Positions 1 to 13,724 are shown, counted from the stretch's first letter. The stretch is DNA of 64,000 nucleotides from Eledone cirrhosa (GCA_964016885.1 OZ024755.1:23870001-23934000); one strand, 5' to 3'. The notes: generated from the sequence alone by a model not told the origin. A program made the numbers and translations.

Positions 1-1102
1 CAAAGTGGGTACTACTGCCCCCTGGGGCGTTGAGAAGGTCCAGGGGGCGCTGAGGCCTAAGGGGGAGGGGGGGCAGTAGAGATGATAATGATGATGATCA
101 TCATCATTATCGTTTAACGTCTATCTTCCATGCTAGCATGGGTTTAGACGGGAATTGTCCCACTTGAGGCAAGATTGGTCGTCTCGCTCGTATAGGACTG
201 TCTGGCGGGTTTTCTACGGCTGGATGCCCTTCTTAACACCAGCCACGTTTACAGTGTGGACTGGGAGGTTTTTACCGTGTTACCTACATGGCCACATTAC
301 AGTGTGGACTGTGTTTTTCTTGTCGTGACACCTACATGACCTCATTTATTTAGGACTGGAAGTTGTGGTACCAACATAACTTTACAGAGAAACGGGTGGT
401 GTTGATGGGGGTGGGGGAGTTGGGGGTAGTGGGAGGGGTGTGTATATTTGGTTAAGAGATGCCTACTGACTGTAGGTTTCGCTTTGTACTTAGGCAAGGC
501 AGGTTTTCTGTATTACTGCCTAGTACCAAAGATCTCGGTCCAGTGACATTGTCTTAGAGAGATGTAAATGTGTAAGGTCAGAATTTATCAAATCGTCCCA
601 GGTTTTTCTGGGTCTGTCTACTCCGTAACTTCCATCAATTTTGATCGCCCTGCACTTTTTTTATGCAGCTGTCATCTTTCTTGCGCATCACCTGTCCATA
701 CCAACATAGTCTTCTCTTGAGTAAACAGCATCTGATCCCTCTTATACCTAATTTCTCACTTAGTTCATTTATGCTTTGCTGTTCACGAATATTACTATTA
801 CACATCCAGTGGAGCATGCATGCTTCATTCCTCTCCCGTCTGCTCAGATCCTCTGCACACAATGCCCATGTCTCACTGCCATGTAACACAGCTGTTCGTA
901 TGCAGATGATATAATAGTATATTAAATATCAAATGATACATATTATATATAAATATAGTAAAATAAAAAAATATTTATTTATTTTCACATAGTATATATT
1001 ATGTTATTTATTATATATATATTAACGATTTTATTTATTATATATTATTTACAATTCGTGTGTAGGCAGGTCTTTCTGGAAATAAGGTTGGGGGACGCTG
1101 AG
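1..1102. mobile_element. hAT-type MITE, split by an RTE LINE insertion (left part 1-85, right part about 905-1102)
   Basis: Both parts are colinear with uninterrupted copies at 21730-22103 and 40928-41228; AGATGATA occurs on both sides of the insert. Confidence 0.75.
86..905 (-). mobile_element. 5'-truncated RTE-clade LINE (end of RT ORF plus 3' UTR and (GAT)n tail)
   Basis: ORF 635..889 MLHGSETWAL...IRCCLLKRRLCWYGQVMRK matches the RTE C-terminus; ends GACGTTAAACGAT(GAT)n; close match to 59512-60332. Confidence 0.9.
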
Positions 1103-1129
1103 TCTATTATGTGACTGTAAGTCCAATCC

Positions 1130-1500
1130 AGCATAATGTTTTCCCTTGCACACTACATCTAACTCCTCTTATGCTCAGTTTCCTTCATCTCATCTGTGCT
1201 CTGTCTTTGAAGCAGACCAATGTCTCACATCCTGCAGTGCCTCATTTAATTTTAGATTTCATACATTCTCTGCACTCAATGCCCATGTCTCCCTACTATG
1301 CAACATCCCACAGGATGCAATCTACCCTTTGCTCAGAGAAAGAAAACCTTTGATATCAATAGATAGTAACTCCTCGAACTTTTTCCACCTTGTTAATATT
1401 CTAGCTACTAAGTTTTGTCAGTGCCCTTTTCCACTTCTCATTAGGTCACCTATGCAACAGAAACTGCCAAATACTTCTATGGAGCTTTCCTTGGATTGGA
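1130..1500 (-). mobile_element. Degenerate RTE LINE fragment
   Basis: Minus strand retains traces of RxxxxWKKFxELL and ETWAL motifs; similar to 12940-13500. Confidence 0.65.
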
Positions 1501-2801
1501 AAGTATTTATTTCACTGGTTATTCCACTTATATATAAAAATCATGTTATTCCACATATATATAAATAGTTGGATATATATATTAAAAATGTTTGAAGATA
1601 TAAAATATTGGAAGATATGAAAATAATGGTTTTTCCATATCTTTCAAAGGAACTTTATATATATATATATATAATGTTTAAGGGTTGTAACATCCAGTTA
1701 CTGTAGGTTCAACAGAAGTCCGACGAGCTTTTGACTCCAGAGTCAGGCTAGGTGTGTGTGTGTGGGGGAGGGGGGGTTCCCCACCAAGGATCAGTCTTCA
1801 ACCTGTGTGTGTGTGTGCCGGCGTGTGTCTTGCATGTTATAAAAATTCACAGCTGGCAATGTTGAAATCATGCTAGCTTACAGGTTAAATGTTGAACAAC
1901 CTGCAATCTGCTCTTGTCAAACACTTAACACTTTGTTATAGTCCCCCTATATACAACCAAACCTTCTGATATGCCAAGAGAAAATATTGGAATCTGACAC
2001 TCACATATTGGATAATTCTGCTATAATACCCAGACATCAAAGGCCACAGTAAAAGGATTAACCTGAAACCACATGCTAACACACCCCAGCTTCTAGACCT
2101 CAAATGTGCTGCTCTCTCACTTTGCTTTTTCTCCCAATTCTACAACAAACTTTGCTCCTTGGAGCTGCTTCATCTTATGATATTTTTACTCTGGTTCACC
2201 CAACTCACATGTCCCTTCTCCCTCCTCTTGTTACTGGAACACCTTATACTAATCAATATGTTTAGTCCTTTCATCTGGAATACTTTTTCTTGAACAAACC
2301 ATTAAAATGACAAAACAAAATATATATACATAAAATATAAAAGGAAATTGCAAAGGCCTTCCAATGTAGTTTTCCTATATAATGTTTTTGTTTGAAGTAA
2401 ATTAGAATTAATTGCAAACTGATAGCCAGTTCTGATTATGAAAGTTTAAATAATTCATTATTTTTGCCCCATTTGTGTGAGGTAAATCACAATTTAAGAA
2501 ATATAAAAAAGAGAATTAAAACTTTAAAGAAAGACAAAATTGTGGACATGACTAGAATTTGTGCTACTTTTCTCAGTAATCAAATGATATGTTTAATGAG
2601 AAAACAAAATATTTTAAGAAAGAATGTCAGCTAGGCATTGGTGTATGGAGGTGACAAGCAAGCCACAAGAAAGAATTTAACAAGAAATGAAAATGAAAGA
2701 GGCAATATAAATAGAGTTAGTGTTTTTAGTTATAAAACTGTTTGCACATAGTGAGACTACAATAAAAGTTCAGAGAAGATATCTTTTATAAAGGATATCA
2801 A

Positions 2802-3039
2802 TCTACTAATATAAAAGCCTTGTCTATTTGTCCGTCACACACTAGAGGAAGGAAGGGTGATAATGTCAACTGAGGAAGGAAGGGATAATGACGTTGACTG
2901 AGAAAGGAAGGGGTGATGATGTCGACTGAGGAAGGAAGGGGTGACGACATCGACTCAGGAAGGACAAACATCTCTTTTTTTTATATCATGTATAGATATT
3001 ACAATTAGCCGTCATTTTTAATGGCACGGGGCCAGCTAG
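2802..3039 (+). mobile_element. Non-autonomous Helitron with internal ~26-bp GAGGAAGGAAGGG repeats
   Basis: 5' A|TCTACTAATATAAAAG; 3' GC-rich imperfect hairpin followed by CTAG|T; no TSD. Confidence 0.75.
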
Positions 3040-3397
3040 TCTATATATAAATTTGAGCGACTTCCATTCATCACATAACGTGTATTTGTGTGAATGTATG
3101 TGTGTGTAAAAGGAAGGAAGGGGATGGTGAAAACACTACAGCAAAACAGTGGCTGATGCTCCATTTGCTACGCTGTGTGTGAGTGTATGTGATCACGAGT
3201 GCTTGTGCAAATCTATGTGTGTTTGTGTGAATGTATATCTGTTTGTATGAATGTATGTCTGAGTGTATATTTTTGTAAGTGTGTCTGTGTTTGCACATTT
3301 ATATTTATATACTCATACATATAAATGCATGCATATGCACATACACACAGGCACACACATATACACATATGCATCAGCATGTTGAAAAAAATTCTAG
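3040..3397 (+). mobile_element. Second non-autonomous Helitron, head-to-tail with the first
   Basis: 5' TCTATATATAAATTTGAGC; 3' TCAGCATGTTGA hairpin then CTAG|T; homology to 58406-58645 stops at these termini. Confidence 0.7.
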
Positions 3398-3605
3398 TAA
3401 AGAATATTACTCCTCACTATCAACATTCTATTTGAATCTGCTTTTCTATGCTATTATGGCTTAGTCAATCTACACAGCAGAATAATTCTATGATCTTGAT
3501 CTTGTGTCACCTCATTATGAAATCCAGTGATTTATAGCTCTAGTCATGGCCTTATTACTATTGAAAATTACTCAGGAGAGACACAGGAAAATGTAAATGT
3601 ATATA

Positions 3606-3791
3606 CAGATAAAATTCCGTTATAACGAATACCATTATAACAAATTTTTCAGTATAACGCAATTTTTTCAATCTCCAAGGTAATAACAAACAAATGCTCC
3701 ATTTGTTTTGGTCTATCTCATTATAAAGAATTTTTTGTTACAACAAATTTTTTTTATACCCCATGAATTTCGTTATAACGGAATTTCACTG
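3606..3791. mobile_element. Tigger/pogo-like MITE
   Basis: TIRs CAGATAAAATTCCGTTATAACGAA / TTCGTTATAACGGAATTTCACTG flanked by TA. Confidence 0.85.
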
Positions 3792-4164
3792 TACAACAAG
3801 ATATACATGCTTGTCTATTCATATATAGATGGCCTCTCCTTGAATTGTGCATAATTTGCAGAATTTAAGCATAATATACTATAGATTTATTTAAATTTTG
3901 AAATGTTGTAGGATTCCTTACATTTGATAGTGTTAGAAAAAGCCTAACTCTCCAGCAATTCCGTTAAATTTGCAGACTTATCCAATTCGTCATTGAATGA
4001 AAAATAGGTTTAAATCAATTTAAAAAGAATTTTTTAAATATGCAAAACTAAAGATCTAAAGATATTGTCAAAAGCAAAGTGATATTTATGAGAAAATGGC
4101 AAAGCCACTAATATTTAAATGGATATAAAAACAAAAATCTACCAAAAACTAAATAAGAGTATAT

Positions 4165-5705
4165 TTGGAAATTGACAGATTTTATGGACAAAACCAACTG
4201 GCAGGAGACCCTGCAAGGAGGTAGTATAACATCCATAAACTTGGCTGGTCTTGCTTGAGGATCCAGCTACATCAGTTGGAGATGATTGCTCCTGACAGGA
4301 CCCGCTGGAAGGAATGTTTGAGGACTCCCCCCGCCCCCATGATCTTCTCAGGAATAATTGGTCAAATATGAAGAGAAGAGAGAGAGAGAGAGTAAATGGC
4401 ATTTTTCACAATCTTAAATGTATGAGCTGAACATGAGGCCTATAAACATTAACTGCGTCAGAATATGTTTGTAATCTTTGGAATATATAACAAAATTAAT
4501 GACTTTGGATATTCTAATCAATACAGAAATATTATAAAGTATTCACTATTTTTGGGTGTTTAACAATATTAGTGGAAATCCATTGCAATGAACGCTATTA
4601 ATATATCAATTCAGAATACACATGTCTATGTAAGAAGGTTATGAAGAGATTAACTATAATATATGACTGTTTGTTGTTGGGTAACTACTGATATATATAC
4701 TTAGAGATAGGAATTTGAGGTTATCAATTGAACTTCTGAATGACCAAAAATTAATCAAACTGGAGAGATTATTCTTCAATCTGGTCAGAGATCATCCTAC
4801 CTAAATCATCAAGAAATATGTGATTATGTGATGCAGCACAGTGTAGCAGTTTTTAATATGAGAATTTGTTGTCCAGTAATTTTTTTTTATATGTCTTAGA
4901 GATAATTCTACAAATTGAGCACTGATATGATGTGTATGAGGTTCAAATGTCTCAGGAAAGAATCACTTGACAGATTTTATGGGCAAAAACCAACCGGCAA
5001 GAGACCCAGGGGTAGACCTTGAGCAAGATGGTTGGATAACATTCACTTGGGGATCCAGCCAGATCAGTTGGAGATGGTTGCTGCTGACAGGACCTGCTGG
5101 AAGGAGTGTTTGCGGACTCTTCCCCCATGACCCTCTCGGGAATAAGTGGAAGAAGACTATCCCTCCAATGCTACATACTTAATGCTAGATGGATTAACTT
5201 AATAATCAGGTGCAGCTACTAAGAGCAAAATTCTGTCAGTTATTTTGTAAAGACTAAATGTTTTTCCTTCATCTCTCTATCTCTTCTACTGCTCCTACAA
5301 TGGCTTCTTATCTTCTGAAGTAGAAGGCTATACACCACTCCAACACCAAGCCTATCCAATGTATCTGTCTTCCTTCCTCACATCATCTCATTTTTGTTTT
5401 AATTCTTACACTTGCAACTCAGAAACTCTTGGTTTTACCCACATTTTCTTTACAGGCATCCCCCAACAAAAGTTGCTTTTGACACAACAGGACCTGCTAC
5501 AAGGAGCACTTGAGCACTCTCCCACCCACGACCCTCTCAGGAATTATTAAATTAAATATTTTGTACTATAAATCCCATCATTTTTATCAGATTGTGTGTG
5601 TGTGTGTGTGTGCATGCATGCGTGTGTGTGTGCTTCTGACAGGACCTGCTGGAAGGAGTGTGAGGACTGTACCATCTCGGGAATAAGGAGGAGGAGGAGG
5701 AGAAG
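4165..5705 (+). mobile_element. Cluster of 3' fragments of a second RTE-like LINE family (about 4165-4380, 4915-5160, 5470-5545, 5632-5705) around a CR1/L2-like remnant
   Basis: Repeated motif TTCTGACAGGACCTGCTGGAAGGAGTGTTTGAGG...CTCTCAGGAATAAGTGG..GAAGAAG; same family at 34100-34520, 41370-41570, 44740-45340, 55945-56280, 61040-61372. Confidence 0.75.
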
Positions 5706-5874
5706 AAGAAAAAGTAAAAAAGTCTATTCGTAAAGATCTTCCCAAATCTATAATTAATAGACAAACAATTAATTTTAGTGCATTTTTTATTGCTAAATTA
5801 TATATTCCTTAACAACATTGGTGAATTTTCTGATTTATAGTATCCATAAGTACATTCATAACATTACAAGATAT

Positions 5875-6130
5875 TCCTATATGATGGTGACAGCGTAGTG
5901 ATATGATGGTGACACAAAATATCTCTACAACCTAGTGTTATGATGATGACACAGCAGAGTATAGCCATAACCTAGAGTTATGATGGTGACATAGAGTATA
6001 GCCATAACCTAGAGTTATGATGGTGACACAGAGTATCTCTATGACCTAGAGTTATGATGGTGACACAGCAGAGTATCTCTATGGACTAGAGTTATGATCG
6101 TGACACAGAGTATGTCTACAACATAGAGTT
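5875..6130. repeat. Minisatellite, ~33-36 bp unit
   Basis: Repeats of GATGGTGACACAG(CAG)AGTATCTCTATGACCTAGAGTTAT. Confidence 0.85.
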
Positions 6131-6355
6131 AGGGGGAATTTCTATATCTTAGTGTTACATAATATGCCTTTATCAAAGATATAGGAATATCCTATAACAC
6201 AGTGTATACAGGGCCGGATTTAATGGGGGACAAAGGGGGCAATTTCGTGACACAGAGTATGTCTACAACATAGAGTTAGGGGGAATTTCTATATCTTAGT
6301 GTTACATAATATGCCTTTATCAAAGATATAGGAATATCCTATAACACAGTGTATA

Positions 6356-6663
6356 CAGGGCCGGATTTAATGGGGGACAAAGGGGGCAATTTCCCTAGAC
6401 CCCATGCAGTGGCGGTGAAGGGTCACCAGCAACTGCCCTAGCAATTTATTTGTGCCCTCAGCTGGGCTGTTTAGTTTTAGAATTGTTAGAATCTTTGCAG
6501 TTAATACCTGTATGTATAACTTTTCAATTCCAATTACTTGTACCAAGCTAACTCTCATATAAAAATTGGGGGTTTGCTGTGTATTCTATTTTTTTTTTGT
6601 TTATGAGGGCCCACCACCAAATCTGAAGTGTTCTGGGCCCCTCAAGGTCTAAATCCAACCCTG
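6356..6663. mobile_element. hAT MITE with perfect 8-bp TSD
   Basis: TIRs CAGGGCCGGATTTA / TAAATCCAACCCTG; TSD AGTGTATA at 6348-6355 and 6664-6671. Confidence 0.9.
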
Positions 6664-7249
6664 AGTGTATACAGTATTCATATGTCTTATTTTTATAAGG
6701 TGTTGTTGCCTCATAAAACTTTGGATTGTTCCTATCTCATGGTGTTATTTATAGATTATTCCTATACTATGGTGTTGAATTATATTGTTAAAAGGGTTTC
6801 CATATAGCAATATGATTCAACACCATGACAAAGAGATGCCCTATATCAATAATATTACAAGATATTCTCTAAGTCTCAAATGTATTCTTTAGTATCTCAT
6901 TTTATATTTTCTCATTGCTTAACAGAATACTTTTATATAATATATATATTAGCATTATATTAGCAGTAGTACTCTACAGTAGTAATCCACTAGAATGCTA
7001 CTGTAATGGAACACTACTAACATATCTTGAGAGTAAAATCCTTCAACAATGACATCACTGTATACTTACATCTCTACTGTGGCACCACTTACATCTCTAC
7101 TGTGACAATAGTATAATTCTAAAGTAACCACCTTATAAAGATATCATTCTGCAATACTATTTCTATATAACTGATAAAAGTGGTAATATTTCACATGAAT
7201 ATTTCACAGATATACATGCAAATAAACGATAATAGCAGTAGTAACACAA

Positions 7250-7612
7250 TACAGTAGTACCCTGTATTCACGGAAATTACATTCCTAGATCACCCGCAAA
7301 GAGTGAAAAACCGCAAATATTGGACGTGGTCCACAAAAATGCCCATAAATGTCAAAATATAATGTAAAACATAATAAAAAAAGAGGGAGCATCTTATGCA
7401 AAGGGGCATCCAATAGGCTGGCAAATATGGTATATTATTATTAATAAATTTGCATTAAAAAATATATATACTGCCACAAAAAAGGCCATTAAAAAAATTG
7501 TGGAAGATATTTATGATTCTGCAAATATGTGGTGGTTTCTATGAACAATTATTAGTTAGATTCTAAGGAAAATTTCGCAAATAACCGGGACTGCGAATGT
7601 TGGGGGTACACA
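7250..7612. mobile_element. Tigger-like non-autonomous DNA transposon
   Basis: Starts TACAGTAGTACCCTGTATTCACG; second copy at 48878-49415 interrupted by a SINE. Confidence 0.7.
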
Positions 7613-7763
7613 ATATAATTCAATATCAACACAGTAGTAGTATTATATAATAGAAATTCTGAATATTCGTTTTATCTTCATTTTAAGAACTTTTTTTAAA
7701 TATCACAAAAAAATTAGATATCTTTGAAGTACGTCTATAACTTTTACACTGCATTAATTAATT

Positions 7764-7935
7764 ATCGGTAGAGGGTTGGATGCCATGCTTCCCAGCATGG
7801 TTACGTCCCTTTACGGTCTCAGTTCAAATCCCGTCGATGTTAACTTTGCCTTTCATCCTTACAGGGCCGATAAAATAAAGTACCAGTAATGTACTGGGAT
7901 AATTGCTGGCCTTGTGCCAAATGTAGAAACAATTA
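7764..7935 (+). mobile_element. tRNA-derived SINE family 1
   Basis: B-box GTTCAAATCC, core GCCTTTCATCCTT.CGGGGTCGATAAAATAAAGTACCAG, tail GGCCTTGTGCC..AAGTAGAAACAATTA. Confidence 0.9.
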
Positions 7936-7955
7936 ATTAATAATATAACTATCAG

Positions 7956-8025
<70 letters not shown>

Positions 8026-9216
8026 ATAAGGATAGGTAGAAAAAAGTTGACATCAGATATTTTTGAATAGTCCAAGATTAGATTCAAACTGGGAACCTTT
8101 ATTTCTAAAGCCAGATTAGTAAGCTACTTAATTAAGAAACAAAGTTTTCTAGCTTGAATCCAGTCTATAGCCATGTATGTATCCAATAATATGATATCTG
8201 AAGTGAATCAGGAATCAATCTGATTAGTTGTTGAACTGATCAAAATGAAGAATAGCTATAAACATTGTAAATAGCATTTCTGAGACTAAGTCTCGAAAAT
8301 TTATATTATTTCATAATTTTGTTTTATCACATTAAAATAGATACATACTATATTTTGAAAACCAAATAAAATCACATACACATCTAACTCCAAACTTCTT
8401 AAAATGAAAATCCGAAATAGTAAAGATGTTTTTCTAAAGTCAATATTCATATTCTAAGTATTAAAATAGTTAACTGGAAAGAAGATTATAATGTGGGCTG
8501 ATTTGATTTTCTTTAATCAATAATTCTTTTGGAATTAATTTCTACATTAGTAGAGAATATTTCTGGGGTTAACAAATGGAATGTATTAGAGTTTATTGTG
8601 AGATAGTTCTAGTCTTCTCAATAGTATATACTAATGGTTTATATTCTAGTCCTTACAGGAATCTGATATCTGAATTGTGTACTCTCTAAATAGTAATTTG
8701 ACTTTAGGATATACTCTATTCCTGTAACTGTTATATTTCCTGTTGTACTTTTAATATGGATGTACAAGAGATGTAGTAGGATTACAGGCAGACTAAGTGA
8801 CAAGGCAGACTTTGTATATGGGTGATACACAGGAGTAGTTAGTAGTAAGAGCCCCAGTGTAATAAACTTTCTCCAATGCCAGGAAAGTTTCAGACTTAAA
8901 TCTGTAAGTTTAGTCAACAAAAACATCAGACTTCAAAGCAAAAAATAGTAGATTTATTTTACTGACACTCTGTTTTACATGTTAATCTGATACCACCTAA
9001 TGAGCTACAATCTAGATTCCATAAAGGAAAGAAGTGAGTCAACTACCTCAGGTAATAAGAATCTAGTCTGACGTTGGCATCCAACAGTTGACATCTGAGA
9101 AATCATAAGTTGGCGGTGTCTTTGAACAAAGCTTTATAAAGAGGTAAAATCAGAGAAATGGAAATAAAATGGCCAAGAGGAACAATAAGACAGAGAGGAA
9201 AGAAGAAGAAAGAAGG

Positions 9217-9251
<35 letters not shown>

Positions 9252-9261
9252 GATAGATATG

Positions 9262-9460
9262 TTTATCCCGGGCTCAATCGGGGGTAACCAGAGTAAGTAA
9301 GGTACTCGATACATAGAGAGTATACATATCTAATATAGAAATGACTTCTACAGGACTAGAACTGTTTCTTTCGGAGGAATTCATCTGGGCTTTCCTGATT
9401 ATTTCCTCTGAATGAAACAGTTGTAGTCCTGTAGAAGCCATTTCTATATTAAATATATAT
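9262..9460. mobile_element. PLE-derived fold-back element with degenerate hammerhead motifs (family B)
   Basis: Diverged copy of 24860-25056; plus-strand core reads CTGATTA...GAAA CAGTTGTAGTCCTG TA GAAGCC. Confidence 0.7.
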
Positions 9461-9702
9461 ATCTATGTGTATACATATCCCAATTTGGATCTAGCTGTCG
9501 AAATGGCCGGAGCTCAGCCATCGGGTTCCTGACTCTTTTCCTATATATATATATACATATATATATATTATATATATATATATATTATATATATATATAT
9601 TATATATATATATATATTATATATATATATATTATATATATATATATATTATATATATATATATTATATATATATATATTATATATATATATATTATATA
9701 TA

Positions 9703-9759
<57 letters not shown>

Positions 9760-9849
9760 TCATTTCATTTCATTTTACGTCCGCTTTTCCCTGCTTGCAA
9801 GGGTGTGATATATATATATGTATATAATATATATATAATATATATATAA

Positions 9850-9953
<104 letters not shown>

Positions 9954-9979
9954 TATTATATATATGCTTTGCTTGATTA

Positions 9980-10070
9980 ACAAGTCTGAAGAGCAGACTG
10001 GGATGGAGTCAGGTCTATAACATTAATATAGCTCCTGAGTCATCCATCTGTGAAATGGTCATAACTATGT
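9980..10070 (+). ncRNA. Type I hammerhead ribozyme motif with long stem II (PLE pLTR-like)
   Basis: AGT CTGAAGA [GCAGA..GGATG..TCAGG.CTATA / TATAG.CCTGA.CATCC.TCTGT] GAAA TGGTCA TA ACT, followed by AATAAA; flanked by (TA)n. Confidence 0.75.
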
Positions 10071-10138
10071 ATAATCAATAAAGAATTTAATGTGAAACTT
10101 CGCTTTGTCTTCAATATATATATATATATATGTATGCA

Positions 10139-10200
<62 letters not shown>

Positions 10201-10213
10201 CACAAACACACAC

Positions 10214-10263
<50 letters not shown>

Positions 10264-10620
10264 CACATAAGTCAATACGGGATGAATATATAGTATTTTT
10301 TAATAAAGCTTTGAAGAATTTAACAATATTTTCACACTTTACAAAACTTTGTAAAGATATCGAAATACAAAAGATGATATTTAGGTATCTATTTCCTTAA
10401 AACAATCGTTTGCTATCAACAAAGTAAGCTACTATGTGTAGAAATATAATATTCAACGTTTACAGCACATCATGAAATGTATTATATTTAGTAATATGAA
10501 CACTGATGAAATCAAATAGAAAATTGCACAACCAGATTCATAATAAAACATCTTCATAATATATACATATATAAATAGATAGGTATATACACACACACAT
10601 ATATAAATATATATATTATG

Positions 10621-10651
<31 letters not shown>

Positions 10652-10705
10652 CATATATATAAATATATATATTATGTATATATATATATAATATACATAT
10701 ATAAT

Positions 10706-11490
10706 ATGTGCAGAGGACCTGCGCAGACTGGAAAGGAACGAAGTATGCATGCTCCATTGGATGTAATAGTAATATACGCGAATGGCAAAACATAAATCAA
10801 CTAAGCGAGAAATTAGGAATAATAGGGATCAGATGCCGTTTACTTGAGAGAAGACTATGTTGGTATGGTCACATGATGCGCATGAAAGACGACAGCTGTA
10901 TAAAAAAGTGCAGGGAGATCAAAATTGATGGAAGTTACGGAGTAGGTAGACCCAGAAAAACCTGGGACGATTTGATAAATTCCGACCTTACACACTTGCA
11001 CCTCTCTAAGACAATGTCACTGGACCGAGATCTTTGGCGCCACGCAGTAATACAGAAGACCCGCCTTGCCTATGTACGAAGCGAAACCTACAGTCACTAG
11101 GCACCTCTTAACCAAATATACACCCCAACCCACTATCCCTACTCCATCCTCCCACTCCCACTAACACCACACTCTCTCTGTAAAGTTGGTACTACAACAT
11201 CCAGTCCAAATTAATGAGATAATGAGTTTGAGATCGAGATCGTGTAGGTATCACGACAAAAAAACACAGTCCACGCTGTAATGTAGCCATGTAGGTAACA
11301 CGGTAAAAAGTTCCCAGTCCATACTGTAAATGTGGTTGGTGTTAGGAAGGGCATCCAGCTGTAGAAAACCTGCCAGACAGTCCTATATGAGCGATACACA
11401 GTCACCCGACCATCTTGCCTCAAATTGGAACAACTCCCATCTAAAACCCATGCTAGTGGGGAAGATAGATGTTAAACGATGATGATGATT
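10706..11490 (+). mobile_element. 5'-truncated RTE LINE
   Basis: ORF 10708..11100 RRLCWYGHMMRMKDDSCIKKC...GRPRKTWDD...DRDLWR; 3' UTR and (GAT)n tail. Confidence 0.9.
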
Positions 11491-11687
11491 AAATATATAT
11501 ATTATGTCTATATATAATATACATATATATAAATATATATATTATAAATATATATATTATGTATATATAAATACAATATACATAAATATAATATATATAA
11601 ATATATATATTATGTATATATAAAAATACACAGTTCTAGTCCTGTAGAATCTCATCTATATTAAAACTATATATATATAATATACAC

Positions 11688-11724
<37 letters not shown>

Positions 11725-11749
11725 TATATCTATATATCTATATCTATAT

Positions 11750-12040
11750 GTGAGTTCAATTCTCAGACCGGGTGATGTGTTGTTTCCTGAGCAAGACACT
11801 TTATTTCACATTGCTCCAGTTTACTCAGGTGTAGAAATGAGATGATAGGGACTGGGGTCCATATCATTCCACTGCAAAGTGGTCGTGGAGGTTCCACGGC
11901 AAAAAAAGCACCCAACACTCACTGTAAATGAGGTTGGTGTTAGGAAGGGCATCCAGCTGTAGAAATCAAGCCAGAATCAGTTCCCGTCCCACCCTTGCAA
12001 GCAGGGAAAAGCGGACGTAAAATGAAATGAAAATGAAATG
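11750..12040 (+). mobile_element. tRNA-derived SINE family 2 (5'-truncated)
   Basis: GAGTTCAATTCTC, TGAGCAAGACACTTT core, RTE-like tail GGAAGGGCATCCAGCTGTAG...GGACGTAAAATG; full copies at 24378-24720 and 50297-50640. Confidence 0.85.
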
Positions 12041-12529
12041 ATATATGAAAGTGCAGGGCACTCAAATGAAATGAAACAAACATGTAGAGGACACAATAGC
12101 TTGCCCAAATCTTCTATTCACCCCTCCTCATTTGTTTACCCCAATATTAATAACCTGCTCTAACCAGCTAATTATCCTATGCACCTCCTTGACATCAAAC
12201 TTGCTTACTTGACCTCCCCACTCCAAACTGTCTTCTCTACCCATGCATACAAACACAAGCTCTACATCTGATCAGCCACAATACTGTTACCATGACAAAA
12301 GCACCAAGTCCACTCTGTTAAGTCATGGTTCGAGTGCCATGATAGAAAGCACCCAGTCTACACTGTAATGTGGTTGGCATTAGGATGGGCATCCAGCTTT
12401 AGAAACCAAGCCAAAATACAGATCCTATGAGCAACACATGGTAACCTGACCTGAACTAAATTATCTCATAATGTGACAACCCATCTAACCCATGTAAGTG
12501 GAAAATGGACGTTAAATGATGATGGTAAT

Positions 12530-12577
<48 letters not shown>

Positions 12578-12939
12578 GTTCTGTCCAAATCAAAGGTTAT
12601 AGAAAAAAAGTAAGAATGGAAATAGTACAGAAGTATATTTAAAGAATCTGTTTTTCTTTAATCCGACAAAGTGTTATTTTTTGAAAAAAGGAGAAAACAT
12701 ATTTTAAAAAATGTTTTTATACATTGTGTTGTGAAATATGACCAGACCTTCTTCAACCATTAATTTTTGGATTTTTTAATTTTAATTCTAATATTTAATA
12801 AAATGAATTATATCGAAATTGGTAATATTTTATATATTTTATAAAACCTTTTTTTTTTTAAATTGTTTCTCCTCTTTTCAAAAATTCAAAAATAACACTT
12901 TGTCGGATTAAAAACCCAGTTTCTCCTTCAGTGCACCCA

Positions 12940-13500
12940 AGCTCTGCCCTTCTCTCACACTTAAATTGTACATCCAACGAAGCATGGTTGCTTCATTTCT
13001 CTCTAGTTTACACATGCCCATATTTCACAACCATGCACTTTGCACACAGACATCATTCAATTGTCATTTTATACTTAGAGAGAACCCTTTTTTATCAACA
13101 GTGGGAGTAGCTCTTTAAACTTTTTCCATCTTATCCTTATTCTAGCTATTATGCTCTCAGAGCACCCACCTCTGTTGCTAATTAGGTCCCCTAGATAGCA
13201 GAAGCTATCAATCACTTCTATGGACCCTGCCTGTGACTGGAAACGGTTTATATTATTGGTGGTCTTTGAGGTATTACCGATGTGCACCTACATATGAAGT
13301 TTTCCCTTCCTGTACGTCTACCTGATATACCACTTCATCTTTTAAGTATCCAAGATTTATATTGTGTACATCTTAGAGAGTTTATGTCTACTCCTTTTCT
13401 ACACAATGAGCAGGTCCACTTGACACTTTTAGACCAGTGACCTACTTCTGCTGCATACTGGTAACAAACCATATACCCCACCCCTAGCCTGCCTTGTACT
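12940..13500 (-). mobile_element. Degenerate RTE LINE fragment
   Basis: KWTCSLCRKGVDINSLRCTQYKSWILKR (Cys motif) and EVIDSFCYLGDLIS..GG...I.ARI...WKKFKELLPLL. Confidence 0.85.
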
Positions 13501-13600
13501 AACGTTTTTACATCATATGATCGCTTGTAGCAGACTGCCAACATCAAGTTCCATACTATGGAGAGCATATCAAAAACAAAATAACATTATACCTAAATAC

Positions 13601-13724
13601 CTGTCTGATGACAACATATCAAATAATTGTTACACAACAATTTCGATGTCTTTGAAATGTGCATAACAGGACGATGTAATGAATTGAAGATGTATACGTG
13701 ATACCATCTCTCTCCTTTTTTCAT
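13601..13724 (-). other. Candidate first coding exon (MKKGERWYHVYIFNSLHRPVMHISKTSKLLCNNYLICCHQT, phase 1)
   Basis: Open frame from ATG to a CAG|GTATTT donor in apparently unique DNA; no recognised homology. Confidence 0.15.

Noticed and set aside
9007-9131. Possible minus-strand exon in frame with the 17956-17999 candidate (RFVQRHRQLMISQMSTVGCQRQTRFLLPE)
   Set aside because: Weak AAG acceptor and weak donor; no recognisable homology
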